Below are positions 1-12,800 of a stretch of DNA of 64,000 bases, one piece after another. The position numbers were made by a program, and so were the translations under genes. Numbering within the stretch: the first letter of the stretch is position 1; every line of letters starts with the position of its first letter. Below the pieces are notes generated by a model, which saw only the letters and a program-made list of their open reading frames with translations, did no database searches and was not told where the DNA came from. Origin of the DNA: Takakia lepidozioides (taxonomy: Eukaryota; Plantae; Bryophyta); assembly GCA_030704615.1 (NCBI GenBank), contig CM060731.1, forward strand, positions 46,810,001 to 46,874,000, in the 5' to 3' direction.

Positions 1-675
1 TTACTCGCTTTGATGCGCGCGCCTGACTCCCAACCTGGCCGCCGGGCCAACTTGGAGTTTCGGCTGCTCACCGGGACATAACGGTCCCCTTCGCTTCCTC
101 TAAACCCTCCACCTATTTGGGACTAGGAGAATTCCCTTTGGTAGATGGCAGTCCGGAACAGCTCCCCTCTTTGGTCGCTTTCCGGCTCGCTCGCTTACTC
201 ACTAGTTTTTGGTCACCAACGGGCTTGCACCGTTCTCGGGGTTACTACTCCCTATATATACTTCTGTAGCTGTCCGCGGGGGTTTCATAACCAGCCATGC
301 CATTTTATGGCGAACCACCACGAAAACCCTCGACTCCCGGTGGTGAGTCGCGGTGAGTCTTGGCCCACTCACCGCGGCCCCAATGGACCGTGATGAGTCC
401 CAAGACTCCCCACGACTCCCACCTCGAGGTCTCCACCCCATGGTGAGTCCTATGCCACCCCCACTAAGTCCCACTAAGCTACCACCACCCCTTGTGGAGC
501 CACCTCCACCGCAACCCGGTGTGCGGGGCTCCACCTAGTGAGCGCCTCCGCCTCCTTGAGTGCCTTGGGCACTCAAGGGTGCTTCAGCCCCCCATACCTA
601 TCGCGCCGCTGCCCCACCACAGGGGCAGCCCCTCATGTGTCCCGACCCCTGCCCTCAAGGCAAAGGGCCGCGACA
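1..675 (+). mobile_element. Probable 3' end of a Ty3/Gypsy-like LTR inserted into an intron of the MULE transposase
   Basis: Similarity to MULE copy 2 starts abruptly at 676. The non-MULE sequence ends ...GGGCCGCGACA, an LTR-like ACA terminus of chromovirus style, and has a TATA-like CCCTATATATAC at ~250. The other end is outside the window. Confidence 0.45.
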
Positions 676-974
676 GGACTTCCCATTGGACTTCCCAGCT
701 AGGACTGGGGCTGCGGACTGCCCAGCGGACTTGCAGGGACTGCCGAGTGGACTTGGCAGCGGACGGTCGACCCAGGGACTGCTGAGTGGACTTGGCAGCG
801 AACTGCCGAGCGGACTTGCCAGGGGACTGATGACCGGACTTGACAGCGGACTACCAGTGGATTTGCCCAGCGAACTGCCATCGGGTTTCACCACAGGAGT
901 CTGCCAGTGGACTGTAGCAATGGACTGCTGTAGTGGACCTCGACAATGGACCGGTGTTGTGGACCAACAGACTT

Positions 975-2593
975 ACTGAATAGCTTTGATTTCTGCTTCG
1001 GCATTGTCCACAATGAAGGCATTGGGTCGCCAGCTCGCAAATCTTGCGAGGAGTGAATCGCGCAAGGCTCTCATCCACGGAACCAGGTCTCTTGTCCGAT
1101 TTCTCGCGGATAGGATATAGGCAACTGGTATACCGTTCAACCACTCGTCGAAGACCATCAACGTGTACAATGGGAACTGTTGGAATGCACAATGTAAGAT
1201 GGTCAGAGCATGCAAATTCGCTCAGTTCTGCACGAGAAGACTTCATAAGAGTGATGAGGTCTAGCGGTTCACAATGGGTCTGCCTCTCGGTCTTCCGCAA
1301 CGTACACAACCCTAAACATACAGAAAGGGTCAGCACACCAAATATTATGTGAATGTTGCATGGTACTATGCTATCATGCTCGTACAAGTCCATGGAATCG
1401 TTTGAATAGTACCTTGTCATGATTTGTCCCAAAGGTTGCATCACATGCAACGATATGGTCATGTCCTAGTTCCAGCATTCGTCGTTTCTGCACGGAGTCT
1501 GTATGCCAATAGTGAATGTCAAATCTCCATCAAAATGCTCGAATGTTGGCTCTAATTTCTCCTCTTGATAGAAAAAAACGGACGCAGGATTCTGGTCTCT
1601 CCACATGCGCACACTCTCTGCATCATCGGCGTGCTTTTTGAAGGTTGTCACGCACGTTTCTCGGCAAGGTTGCGAACATCTTGCTCCAACAAGAAATCAT
1701 CGCGGGTCCATGCATCGCCCAAGCCGGTGTTGTTCATCACGTGCTCTTTATGCTCCATCATGATTTGGGCGACCGACAGGCCTCGGCACAAACACTCGAC
1801 GACCCAGGCTTTCAATTCCTCGCTAACGTGTGGTGCATAGGCGTGCGGGTGTTCCTGAACTCTGCGGACTTCCCATGCGAGGGTTTCCCTTGCACATCTG
1901 TATGCTCCATGTTGTTGTAGTACGTGAGGACACAGATGTCAGGGGCGAGATAACATTGCTGGACCTTGAAACAACATTGGCAACCACGTTTGTAAGACTC
2001 TCCATACTCCGACTTCTTTCTCCTTCGGCCTTTATGAGGGCAAGATGTTCCAGCACCCACAAGAGGTCCTCCACGCTTCTGTTTTGGATCCTCCACTATT
2101 GCCTTGTTGGTGCGCTTGTCATCAGGGACCGTAGCAGTATTGATACCTGGACAGAAAATTCTAAAATCGATATCCAACGACTTGAGGAAGCATAAATCAG
2201 AGAACTCGTGAAACAAAAAATGGCAACAGACATGCAATGAAATGTCAAAAGGACTGAGGATGGTGCACACATAATACTGGACAGAAATGTGTTGGCTCTG
2301 GGTGCTTTTTGCGAGCCGGGTTCCACTTTAGAATGGGCATTCACCCAAAACTGAGTGGGGTAGTCCTCCAAACTCTCCTCTCCCAGGACGAAGTCACCAA
2401 CTCTATCCCAAGGTATGCAGGCCTTTTCAACATTCACTTGCACACCCATAAACCCATATTGCGTCTCACTCTTCCAATGGAGATCCTTCCTGTTGAAGGG
2501 TCCTGGTTTTGCTGTTTGCAAACATTGTCAAAGAGGCCGTATAAGCGGGCTTTCCGTGATCAGTATATCATCGGGTTTTGCTTCCACGTCCAT
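975..2593 (-). pseudogene. MULE transposase, N-terminal exons (defective: in-frame stop and frameshifts)
   Basis: Exons ~2593-2272, ~2155-1411 and 1177-~975. Motifs IPWDRVGDFVLGE, KRGCQCCF..EHTDVQGKPSHG, VACDATFGTNHDK / FPLYTLMVFDEWLNGIPVAYILS and FIVDNAEAE. Single-base deletions relative to copy 2 near 1490 and 1646. Confidence 0.8.
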
Positions 2594-2737
2594 GCCCTAT
2601 ACAATACAAAGGACACGCTTCTGAACATGCAAGAAACGCGCCGCAGTACAAGACACGATCGACAACGTGCCAGGAGAACAGTGCGCACGTTCGTGGCTGC
2701 TGGCAAATGGCAGGCGGCAGGGATGCAGGTTTGAATT

Positions 2738-3083
2738 GCAGCCCTAAAAATGGAGGGCTCGGATGGGTTATGGGAATGGACGGTGGCGATCCTGCGCCGT
2801 CAGCGGACTGGATGGCAGGGGACTGGCCAGCGGACTGGCGGGCAGACTGGCGGACTGGCAGATTGCTGGGCAGCGGACTGGCTAGCACCGGACTGGCAGA
2901 CTGGAGGGCAGCGGATCGTGGGCGGGGGACTGGCCGCGCTGTAGCCGCGCCCACGGCTGGGCGACCGCGCGCAGCGGCGGGAGGGGGCGGTGGGGTGCTG
3001 GGGAGCCGGGCGTCCGTGCGCGGGGCCCACCGGCCACATCGCACGTGCCCATTGAAGACCCTATTATCTTAAAATGAGAGGCG
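2738..3083 (-). repeat. Right terminal inverted repeat (~345 bp) of MULE copy 1
   Basis: The reverse complement matches 49352-49683: CGCCTCTCATTTTAAGATAATAGGGTCTTCAATGGGCACGTGCGATGTGGCCGG ... GAGCCCTCCATTTTTAGGGCTGC. The middle is imperfect. Confidence 0.9.
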
Positions 3084-4529
3084 AGAAGAATGGTGCCAAG
3101 TCGACCGTTTTCAAAGTCGTGAATGAGGGGGGTAACATACCACGTTATATTGGCTAGTGTATTTTAATTTAATTTTTTTTAAGGATAAAGGGAAACACGG
3201 AGGCTGCAAATGATGGCTCAGCTCACAAATCAGGCCCCTTCATTATGGTGAGAGAAGTAAATAACATCTTTCAAAGGATACCTTAGTGTGAGGCGGCACC
3301 GAGGACAAGGCTCATGGCCCAAGAGAAATGGGGAGAAGATTATACCATATACGACAAGATAGCAAGATCTGAAGAGGTTGGGTAGCCTGTGCGGGAGGCT
3401 CACGCCTCCGTGCGCCTGCTCACGTGAGCAGAAGATGATATGCCGCATATTCCAAGAATATTTTTGGAAAATAGTTTAGCGAAACTAAAACGTGGTCACA
3501 CAAAATGAAATGCAAAACATTTGGAGCACAAGCCACATGAAGTTGGGGGCATAGGGAGAAAAAAAAATAAAAATAAAAAAATTGGGGCATAGGGAATTTC
3601 CTGTTAGTGCCATCTCCAATTTTAATAGTTGCATATTTAATCATTTGATATTCACACTCGTAGCAATCACTAATATGCGAAACCTAGAAACAATTCATTT
3701 TGTTCCGCCCACGAAAGCATGGGTAATGGCCTACCGCAATAAACATGTAACAATTCGTTAGCGAAATAAATAACCTCACGTCGTCCCTTGTATGCAAAAC
3801 CAAACACAACTCATTTTGTTTCGCCCACGAAAGCTAATGATCCACGCAACGATACCTTGAAACTCCGCTGACGAAACTTGATAGCTTGATTTATTTCGTT
3901 AGCAAAACCCGTTGTTTTGCCTCATTATGTTAAATTGTTCAATTATTATTTGGTATTTGTGTGTTTTGGATGGTGTCGGCTATTGTGACTTTGTTTTTTC
4001 CTAATGTGTTATTCTTTTGTAGGATATCAAAGATGCAAATATTTGGAACTTGGAGCTTGTAGATATACATTAGGGGTGCCTATTTCGCATTAGGGTTTAA
4101 GGTTTAGGCACAGACACCCCTATTTCACGTGTAAGAACCCTATTCGCGTGAATTATATTTCCGTGGAAACATAGGTACCCTATTGCCGCATTTTGTGCTC
4201 AAGACTCCATTTTTCTATGCTCACGTTCTACCAACCCCCAGATCTGAACCCAGTTGAGGTGGCACTCAGGTGCTACCGACTGGGGGTTATTTTTTCCAAG
4301 AGTTCACCCGTGCGTGCAGATACAATTTATCAAAAAAAAATTAAAAAAAAATGGTGGACTCTTGCCAAATCCAACTTCGTCACTTATCAGGTTTTCTTCA
4401 AAAGAGAAAAACTCGTGGAAAAGAGGAATAAAAAAACTGTCGCGAAAGTGAAGTTATATATGTATTTTTCCCTGAAAAACAAGGAACGGAGACTTGGGAG
4501 TATATTAGGTGAACGGACAAGGGAGAAAC

Positions 4530-5350
4530 TAATTTAGCAAAGGCTTACAAGTTAGGTTCCCAATAAACACTAGCATAACAGAGACATCCCAAATTGTACT
4601 GCAAATTGCTAGAGCAATTTCACCCCTTTTCAAGTGTAGCTCTTGGAATGCAGCCCGGCTCCAAATTGATGTGGTGCCTCCAATTAGATTGCAAGCCAGT
4701 CCCCATGTCAAACCTTTTGAGAAGCTTGGCTCTCTTGTCAAAACGTTCGCAAAGAGCTTGCTACCAAGAATATCCCGAGTCCACAATGTATCTCTTTGTC
4801 ACCAAATCATAGAATACTCTTGCAATAAAGAATATCTTAGTGGATGCTTCCAAGTTCCATGCTGAGTTACAGGGATGATTCTCTGCGTGGGGCTTGACAA
4901 CCCACACACCAACGTCTGGAAATCTCATGAGGTCATGCTTACAGATTCCCTCGGTCCTCGGGAGGACGTGGGTCCTCTCAACGCACATATGATGGTGGCC
5001 CACTGGGTGACGGGGTCACATTCAAACAGTATACATGTAGGTAGTTGGGAAGGTCCACAATTAGGGCGTACCTTCTTTCCACATAATGGCCCCCACCGAT
5101 TAAGCCAGCACGAGCGGATGAAGATTCCGGAACACACATCTTCATGGATGACGAGCATTCATCCATAACACCGCCCAGTTCTCACATCTGAACCGTCGGA
5201 TTGCCGAAAAGCCAATCCCCGCCAGGTGGACGTGCTGCCCATGTCTTTTCGATCATACGCCATCCATTGGCCGCCGGCATGATTACCCATGCACCCCATC
5301 GCATGACACATGTGCCCCATCCCATGGCATAATGCCCACATAGGGCGCCA
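4530..5350 (-). pseudogene. Possible highly degraded PIF/Harbinger-like transposase
   Basis: Frameshifted fragments WAARPPGGDW, MKMCVPES, GICKHDLMRFPDVGVW and RYIVDSGY resemble the Harbinger motifs W.RP..W, FRM..ETF, GVCD.D.RF.DV..GWPGS and Y.L.DSGY. Confidence 0.35.
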
Positions 5351-5546
5351 TCATCTTCACCACCCTCTCGTCCGTTCGCGTACGACTCGCTACAACTTTG
5401 ACATAACCCGCGTGGAGGTAATCCCCTGCAGGAATGGCCATGGATGCTGCAGCATTGGTTGAGAACTTCCCCTACGTAATATTGCTGTTCGTGGCCGTGA
5501 GTATCTTCATCTACTGGCAAGCCCGCCACACCCTCTGACACCATGG

Positions 5547-5697
5547 GTGACAAATTCCACAGAGTTGGTGCTATCTCTAAGAAGAATCTTGCGAAGCAAC
5601 AAGCAGATGTGGAGAGTGAAACCACTGGTGACAAATTCCACAGAGTCGGTGGAATCTTTGAGAACAAGCTTGCAAGGCAACAAGCAATGTAGAGAGG
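5547..5697. repeat. ~81-bp imperfect tandem duplication
   Basis: GGTGACAAATTCCACAGAGT..GCAACAAGCA occurs twice, at ~5547 and ~5628. Confidence 0.7.
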
Positions 5698-5800
5698 GAG
5701 GGGAAAGACGGGGGAGCAAAAAAAGTGGTGGAGGTCCGCGGATGAGCATGATGGCGGCAGCATGGCCATTGTGGGCAGAGGCGGCCAGGCAATCTAAGTC

Positions 5801-8245
5801 ATGAATTATCACTTTCCCCATGGCAAGCAGACTTACAAGAAGACAGCTCATTTGAATATCAGAAAGAGGAAGAGAAAGAGATGAGTACCTCAAGGAGGGC
5901 GTCATCCAGAACAGGGCGCACTTCTTGATTGATTCCGGGAAGAGAATGTACTAGGCTGGTGTAGAATTAATCGTGACTTGCTACAAAAATTTACCAATAT
6001 ACTCTCAGTGATGGTGCTCAAGGGAAACTTGCTTGCAGAAGCTAGGAGGTCATAATCCAGGTCCAGGATTGTAGTTATCAGAAAGCCATTAAGTTTACAG
6101 AAAGGAAGGACACTGATTTGGAAATAGAAGTTCCGCATGTGTGCAAATATGATCTGGATCGCACATGCATGGAAATAGAAAACATACCACTAGTAAATAT
6201 CCCAGATCCAGTAGCTGTGTCTTTGGAAGCTCCGTGTTTCTGCATTTGAGACCCTCTGTTCGGCCAATGTTGTCATCCAGTTTCTTATGCCCTAATTGTG
6301 CAAGCAGCACCTGCGCATGTGCCAGACATAGCATTTGAGAAGCACGTTCCGAGGTTCAAAACTAATCATGAGAATACAAGGTCTTGGTTGGAGACAGCTG
6401 CCCATGGCCCTTTGCAAACAACATAGGCATGGATTCTAGGCTTATCAAGGTGATTTTCCAATCCCACACCTCCTCCCCCAGTCACTCTATCCATCACCTT
6501 CCTCTTTATTGCGGTTGAGTCAACCAACTTTTTCTCCAATTGCAGAAAAACACTTATCTCGCATGACAATAGGATCATATCATCCAGAGTATTGTCTGCC
6601 TGCCATAAATTCAAGTTCCTTTTGTCATTTTGCAAGGTGCTGGGTCTCTTAAGGCAAGGCAAAAAGGAGTTATGGTTGATGACAAATGACAGAAAAGAAG
6701 ACAATGGAGAGAGAGTCAGGGTGAGCAATTACAAATGTACAGCTTAGAACTTTTGATATTTTATATATTATGCTTAACCTCATCCGTGGTCTCCTCTTCT
6801 TGCTACGTACGAAATGTGATTCACAAGATCACCAGGAACACCAGGAACTTTGCACACAACGCCTCTCTCCCCCATTCAAACTATCAGACATCAGTTGAAC
6901 GAAAAAGAGACTGCTTTGATACAACTCTGCAGCCTAGAACAAACCTTGTGCGTAGCTTTACAATATGCAAAAGGTGCCTCTTTACCACTAAACAGAACTT
7001 GCCACTACAGAAGTAACCAGAACAGACCCCACTTGCCCCAAATACTCAATGCTCCACTTCAGTAACAGGAGCTTCTCTCCCTTTCTTCTCATCTATGTTG
7101 ATCGATCCCCTCTTTTTTTGTCGGGAAAATCTTAGTACCAAAATGTAACACAACTGGGATAGATAACGGTAGAAGTTATAACATACTTGGCTAGCAACCC
7201 CAACAGGACAGTTATTGGTGTTGCAGATGCGAGCCATGATGCAGCCTGTAGCAATCATGGCCACTGACCCAAACCCTATTCATCAGCACCCATGCTGCCA
7301 TCATCACATCCACTCCTCTTGAAGCCGCCATCTACTCTTAGCGACTCGCTCACAGAGCCCATTGTTGAGCAGGGTCTGTCCCCCAACATGCACATTCTAA
7401 CATTTAGGCCATGTATGAGAAAAATGTCCACTTCGACTTTGAGGTAGCCTGTGGATATTTTTCCAAGGTCATGAAAAGAAGTCGAGCCTGCACGAATGCC
7501 AGTGCTATCACAATGAGCATCAAAGCAACCAGTTTACAGGATACTTTACAACACTTCTTGACACCAACCAGTTTAAATTCTGGAATTTTTTACTGTTCAA
7601 GTATAAGGTTATACAAGTTTACAATCTAAATGCTTCATTTTCAGCTTACAAGAGGCCACTGCATAATAGGCTATCTCCTACTGTAAGGGTAAGGGATTGT
7701 GGTACACCGTCAGCATGGTCAATCTGTTTGCCAAAGAAATTATTCACCAAAGCCACAAGCATTGCAATTTGCTTTCATCAATCAAGCTAACTCTGCAATG
7801 AACATACCCAGACAAAGACAGGCTGGGCACCGTGTCTGACTGAGCTCAAGGTTGCGCTGATAAAAAAAGCAACCAACCTGATGGGTTTCGCTCTGCCAAG
7901 GACCCCCTACATGCTTGATTGAGTTAATTGGGCTAGCACTTCAGGAACAACAATGATCCTTACATTCATATAAGAACTGGTGCAAGTAGAAGGATCTAAT
8001 CCCTACAGCAGAAGCCAAAATCGAGTGCAGTCCAAGAATGCCGGAAGAGAAAACAGGTGAACCTGATCACATCAGCATTAGCTTTTGCAACCCCACAAAC
8101 AATTGTGCCGATTCCAGCTTCACCCCCCAACTTCACTGACACTTCAGGTTGACCTGGGTCATACAGATAAACAAATGTCACTCCATGTGGAAAGGAATCA
8201 AAGATGAGGTGATAGCTGGACAAAGTCCTGAACCTTGAAAAGTAA
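5801..8245 (-). pseudogene. Decayed genomic duplicate A1 of Fd-GOGAT exons ~22-27 with introns
   Basis: Colinear with 22466-25340, including intron sequence. Retains e.g. [50 protein letters not shown] and [19 protein letters not shown], with many indels. Confidence 0.9.
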
Positions 8246-8264
8246 AAGTGGGCTCATCTCCCTG

Positions 8265-8750
8265 TTGTCATTTGGCAAGGTGCCGGTCTCTGAAGGGAAG
8301 GCCACAAGGGAGTTGGAGTGTTGATCAGACGTGAAGTCGAGAGAACCAGAAAAGGAGAATGGAGAGAGAGTCAGGGCGTGCATTCTTATCCAAATTACAA
8401 ATGTACTTCTTAGAAGTTTTGACATGTTATAAATCTACATTTCGGCTTACCCTCATCCATGGAGAAAGAAATGGTCTACCTCTTCTGCTACATACGAGAA
8501 GTAATTCACAAGATCACCAAGAACACCAGGAAACTGTGCTCGCTACGTCTCTCTCTGCCATGGACAATCAGACAACCAGACATCAGTTGCAGTTAAAAAG
8601 AGACAATGCTTTGATACAACTCTGTAGCCCGCAAGAAACCTTGTGCGTAACTTTACGATATGCAAAAAGTGCCTCTTTACCACTAAACAGAGCTTGCCAC
8701 TGCAGAAGTAACCAGAAGAGACCCCACTTCCCCCAAATACTCCAGTGTCT
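8265..8750 (-). pseudogene. Second partial duplicate A2 of the Fd-GOGAT exon 25 region
   Basis: Matches ~23300-23850 (GGAAAGAAATGGTCTACCTCTTCTGCT...CCCCACTTCCCCCAAATACTCCA). Confidence 0.85.
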
Positions 8751-9899
8751 TGCAGCTTGTTTGGACCAAGCTAAGGCCCAGTACCACTCTCAACTGACCT
8801 ATTTCATCCCCCTCACCAACAAAAAGTCACGTCCACATATTTTTTTGAATCCTCTATTCAAAGTACCTTCATTTCATTTCCGTACAAAATGTTCCTATAC
8901 CCGCAATAGTGCTATCCCATCTGGTTCAAAGCGGTTAAGTCTGATGAAACACAGAGCCGAGTATTGGATTGTCCTGCATCGCGTTAGCAGGATCAACTTG
9001 ATAGACGCCATTCAATTTTAATGTCTCCAGATGCCTGTGACGTACAATTGTTATCTCTTCAACTGAATTTGCATCTCAACATGAGTGATTCCCAAGTCAT
9101 CCTTTCTATCTCTACTTAAAATCGCACCTTTAGATGCTCAATGTCAATGAGTCGAGAAGAGGGACCACTTACCTGCTCCATGTGGACGGTTTTGTCTTTA
9201 CATCTGCCATCACATGCCAACGATTGCACTGAAGATTCAGTAAAGACCACGCTCAGGCTCAAATTACTATGGCATGACAAAGAGTTACATACACAGCTCC
9301 TTCGCTGATGGAGAAAGGAAACAGTGGTCCCCAGTGACAAGGACGATGTGGATCCGGCTCCTTCCTGTCTCACAAATTCATATCGAAGGGAGAGATCCCC
9401 ACATTCGCCACGCCACAACGGCTCCTGGTCATCACGGATGACATATGGATGAAATATGTTTGACTGCCTTCGAGGAGCACGGCCGCGTGCAAGGGTTCGA
9501 GAAGGTGCGAGAGAAGCGGGGGCAGCAAGGCATGGCGGGCATGGGAGGGTATGAGAGTTCCGTTATAGAGAGATTGGAACATACAGATACAGAGCGAAGA
9601 GAAAGAAAGATCAGGATGGAGCTGGACAACCTAAAACGAGAGCAGGAGACCCTAACCGAATTTTCCGAGTGGTCACCACAAATTCTCTCATGCGAGTTTT
9701 TGAAGCTGAAAACTCCCAACTTGGAGCGGTTTGAGATTTTGAAGAAGATTCTGTCCTCAGTCTTCATACCTCAACGTTTGGGGGTGAGTTCCAGCCCTAA
9801 TTGGAGGGCCATGAGACCTATGTGAAGAATGCAATAGGGACACATCTTCTGTTTTCATACTCGTTGTACATATCAAAACCATTTAGCAACAACAATCTA

Positions 9900-12800
9900 C
9901 TCAGATGCAATATGGGCCTTGTGCACATGAGCCTTTCGAGAAATCACATAGGTTCTAAGCAAGGACTACATGGACTGAACTACAACTCCTCTCCACTCTT
10001 AGACCACTCTTAGATAAACCAGAAGAGTGTCGTATGTCCCCTGCAAACCCTTTCTCGTTTTCCACTGTGAACACTCCTTGCTCTTCGCTTTTTTATGATG
10101 AGTGGAGGTAGCTTCTGTTAAACCCATGTATCTAATTAGATCCACTTTGTATTGGGAGAGAATGCAAAAACATGGCCTCCTTAGTTGTTTAGGCCAGCCG
10201 GTCATCAAAGTATGAGCTAAAATAAGGCGCAATTTAAATAAGAAAAAGTTTCGAAGTACTTTGGAAATCAATAATACAGTGGTCTACGTGGGAGATCATA
10301 GAATCTTTTTGGTGTAACGCACGAACAGACATCCTCTAGTATGTACCCGCGACGTTAACAATAGGCAAGCTGTCAGGCTAAAGGAAGAGTAGCAGCTGTG
10401 AAACATGATCTGATATAGAACAGATTGAATACCTGTTAGGCATAACATTAGGCCTTTAATCTGGTGTATTTTTGTCAACACTTTGAATTCGTGGAGACAA
10501 GCCCCAGAACAAAAGCCATGTGATATTTCAAGCTCTCCAACCATCTTCAATCTTTTACCATCTTTTGTTGTCCAGTTAGTTGCAAAAAATGTACCAAGGT
10601 GCAATATGCTTTCGAGAAATCACGTAGGTTCTAATCATGGACTAGATGGAGTGTAAATTACAACTCATCTCCATTTTTAGAGAAATGAGAAAGAGTGTCA
10701 TATGTTCCCTGCAAAACATTTATTATTGCTTATTTATTGTTGCTTACCCTTTCTCTTTTCCCTCTGAGAGCCCTCATTGCTCTTTGAGCTTTCTAATGAT
10801 TGGAGGTAGCTTTCTATTAAAACGAATGTATCTAATTAGACTCACTCTGTACCTAGAAGAGATTCTATTCTAATAGTACGTGGTTGTGTTTTCAGAGGAG
10901 GCATGTGATTTGATCATTGGATGGGGCTGGAGGATACTGTGAGGCGGATAGAGGTCGATTCCAAATTTATTGGCCATGGTTCCTCCCAAAGGTACTCCTC
11001 ATTCAAATCATATTGTTTTTCTTAAAAGCTGTGGGTAATGTTCATATCGTGATTCTAATTAATCGCAAGTTGTTTTTTTCGTGTAAATGGAATAGAGTTG
11101 AAGTGTGTGTTATTCGAAAAGAGGCACACCATTTGTGCGGAAGGCTTAGGTGAGCGGCGTCTTTTAAACTTGTATATCCACCTTATGGACAACGTCGGGT
11201 CCTACTGGGGAAATGATCCAATTTTTAAGGACGATCATTCACTTTTATCAGCTACAGGGTTAGCCGCATGAAATCCAAGCTGAGCTTCAAGCACGGTGGG
11301 AACGGGGCTCGGTTATTGGGCATTCCGAATTGGTATGCAGCTCCGCATCTATTCCATGGCGCTTCTTGCAAGCCTCCCTACACAGGTGATGCACCTGGGA
11401 ATATGTTTATATGATGCACCTGGGAATATGTTTAGAAGCCGTCTGCAAAAGATACTGAGGCTTCCTAGCCTTCTCTCCTAATGTTGTCCGACAACAGAAT
11501 GAACACAGAAGATGTATCCTAGGCGATAAAGCTAGGAGGCCTCAGTATCATTGCAGACGGCTTCCAATGTACTCCCAGATGTATTATCTATGCAAGGAGA
11601 CTTGCAAGAAACGCCGTGAGATAGATGCGGAGCTGTATATTAATTCGGAATGACATCGAGATGTTTGAATTTGTAACGTAACCTCGGTGTGGTGGCCCAA
11701 TAACCCGTTCTCACCATGCTTTCAGCCCCATTCTCACCATGCTTGCAGCTCGACTTGTTTCATGCGGCTGATCTTGTAACTGATAGAAGTGAATGATTGT
11801 CCTTAAAATTCGTTGTCGTGTATAAGATAAATTGGATCCTTCCCCTAATATTACCCGGCGTTGTCCATAAAGTGCATATACAAGTTTATCAGACGCCACT
11901 CACCTAAACCTACCTGCCACAGGTTGGTTTGCCTCTTTTCAAATAACACACACGTCAACTTCATTCCATATACACCAAAAAAGACAACTTGATTCGAATT
12001 CGGAGTACTTGTGTGCGAGGAACTATGGCGAATAATTTGAAGTATCATAGACGAGATAGATTCAACTGCAACTCCTCTCCAATCTTAGACAGACCAAAAG
12101 AATGTGAGACATCTCCTACAAAATTTTTTTTGCTACTCGGCCTTTTTCTTTTCCTTTTGTGAACATTCATTGCTCTTTGAGCTTTCTGGTGAGTGGAGGT
12201 AGTTTCATGTTCAAACCAATGTATCTAATTAGGCCCACTTTGTACATGGAAGAGAACGCAAAAGCCTAGCCTCCTTGGTTGTTTAGGCTGCCGCTCACCA
12301 AAATATGAGCTGGACGCTATGCAAATAAAGAAAGATTTTGAAGTACTTTTGAAAACAGTAATACAGTGGTCTGCGTGGGAGATCATATGAGGTCAACCAC
12401 AATAACATACATCATGTAGTGTGCACCTGTGAGGCTGACAAAAGGCAAGTTGTCAGGCGAAAGGAAGAGTAGTAGCCTGGAAAAATCGTTTGATTCCTAA
12501 CATACTGAATTCCTGTCAGGCATAACATCAGATATTTGATCTGGTTTATTCTTGTCAACATTTTGAATTCGTGGAGACAAGCCCCAAAACAAAAGCCATG
12601 TGATATTATTCCAAAACTCTCCAACCATCTTCTTATGCTATTTCTTTGGTCTTTGTTATTGTCGAGTTAGTTGTAGGAATGTACCAAGATGCAACATGGG
12701 TCTAGTGCACCTAAGCCTTTCGAGAAATCACATAGGTTCTACTCATAGACTATATGCATTAAACTACAACTCCTCTCCACTCTTAAACAAACCAGAAGGA

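Larger units (their letters stand above)
676..3083 (-). mobile_element. MULE (Mutator-like) DNA transposon copy 1, right end with 5' half of the transposase
   Basis: 676-1784 is highly similar to 58740-59844. It carries transposase exons and ends in a TIR complementary to 49352-49683. Confidence 0.85.

Noticed and set aside
676-975. Short regularly recurring repeats resembling a CRISPR array (also 57163-57351)
   Set aside because: Eukaryotic context, no unique spacers and no cas genes. These are tandem repeats within a transposon.
2568-3072. Pro/Ala/Gly-rich ORFs (also 49281-49697)
   Set aside because: Artefacts of the GC-rich TIR sequence.
4090-4108. TAGGGTTTAAGGTTTAGG telomere-like sequence
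   Set aside because: Fewer than three imperfect units, too short to call an interstitial telomere.
8359-9021. 220-aa + strand ORF
   Set aside because: Largely the antisense reading of GOGAT relic A2 and its introns. No coding signature.
9445-9825. 126-aa charged ORF
   Set aside because: No motif or supporting exon structure. Unassigned.
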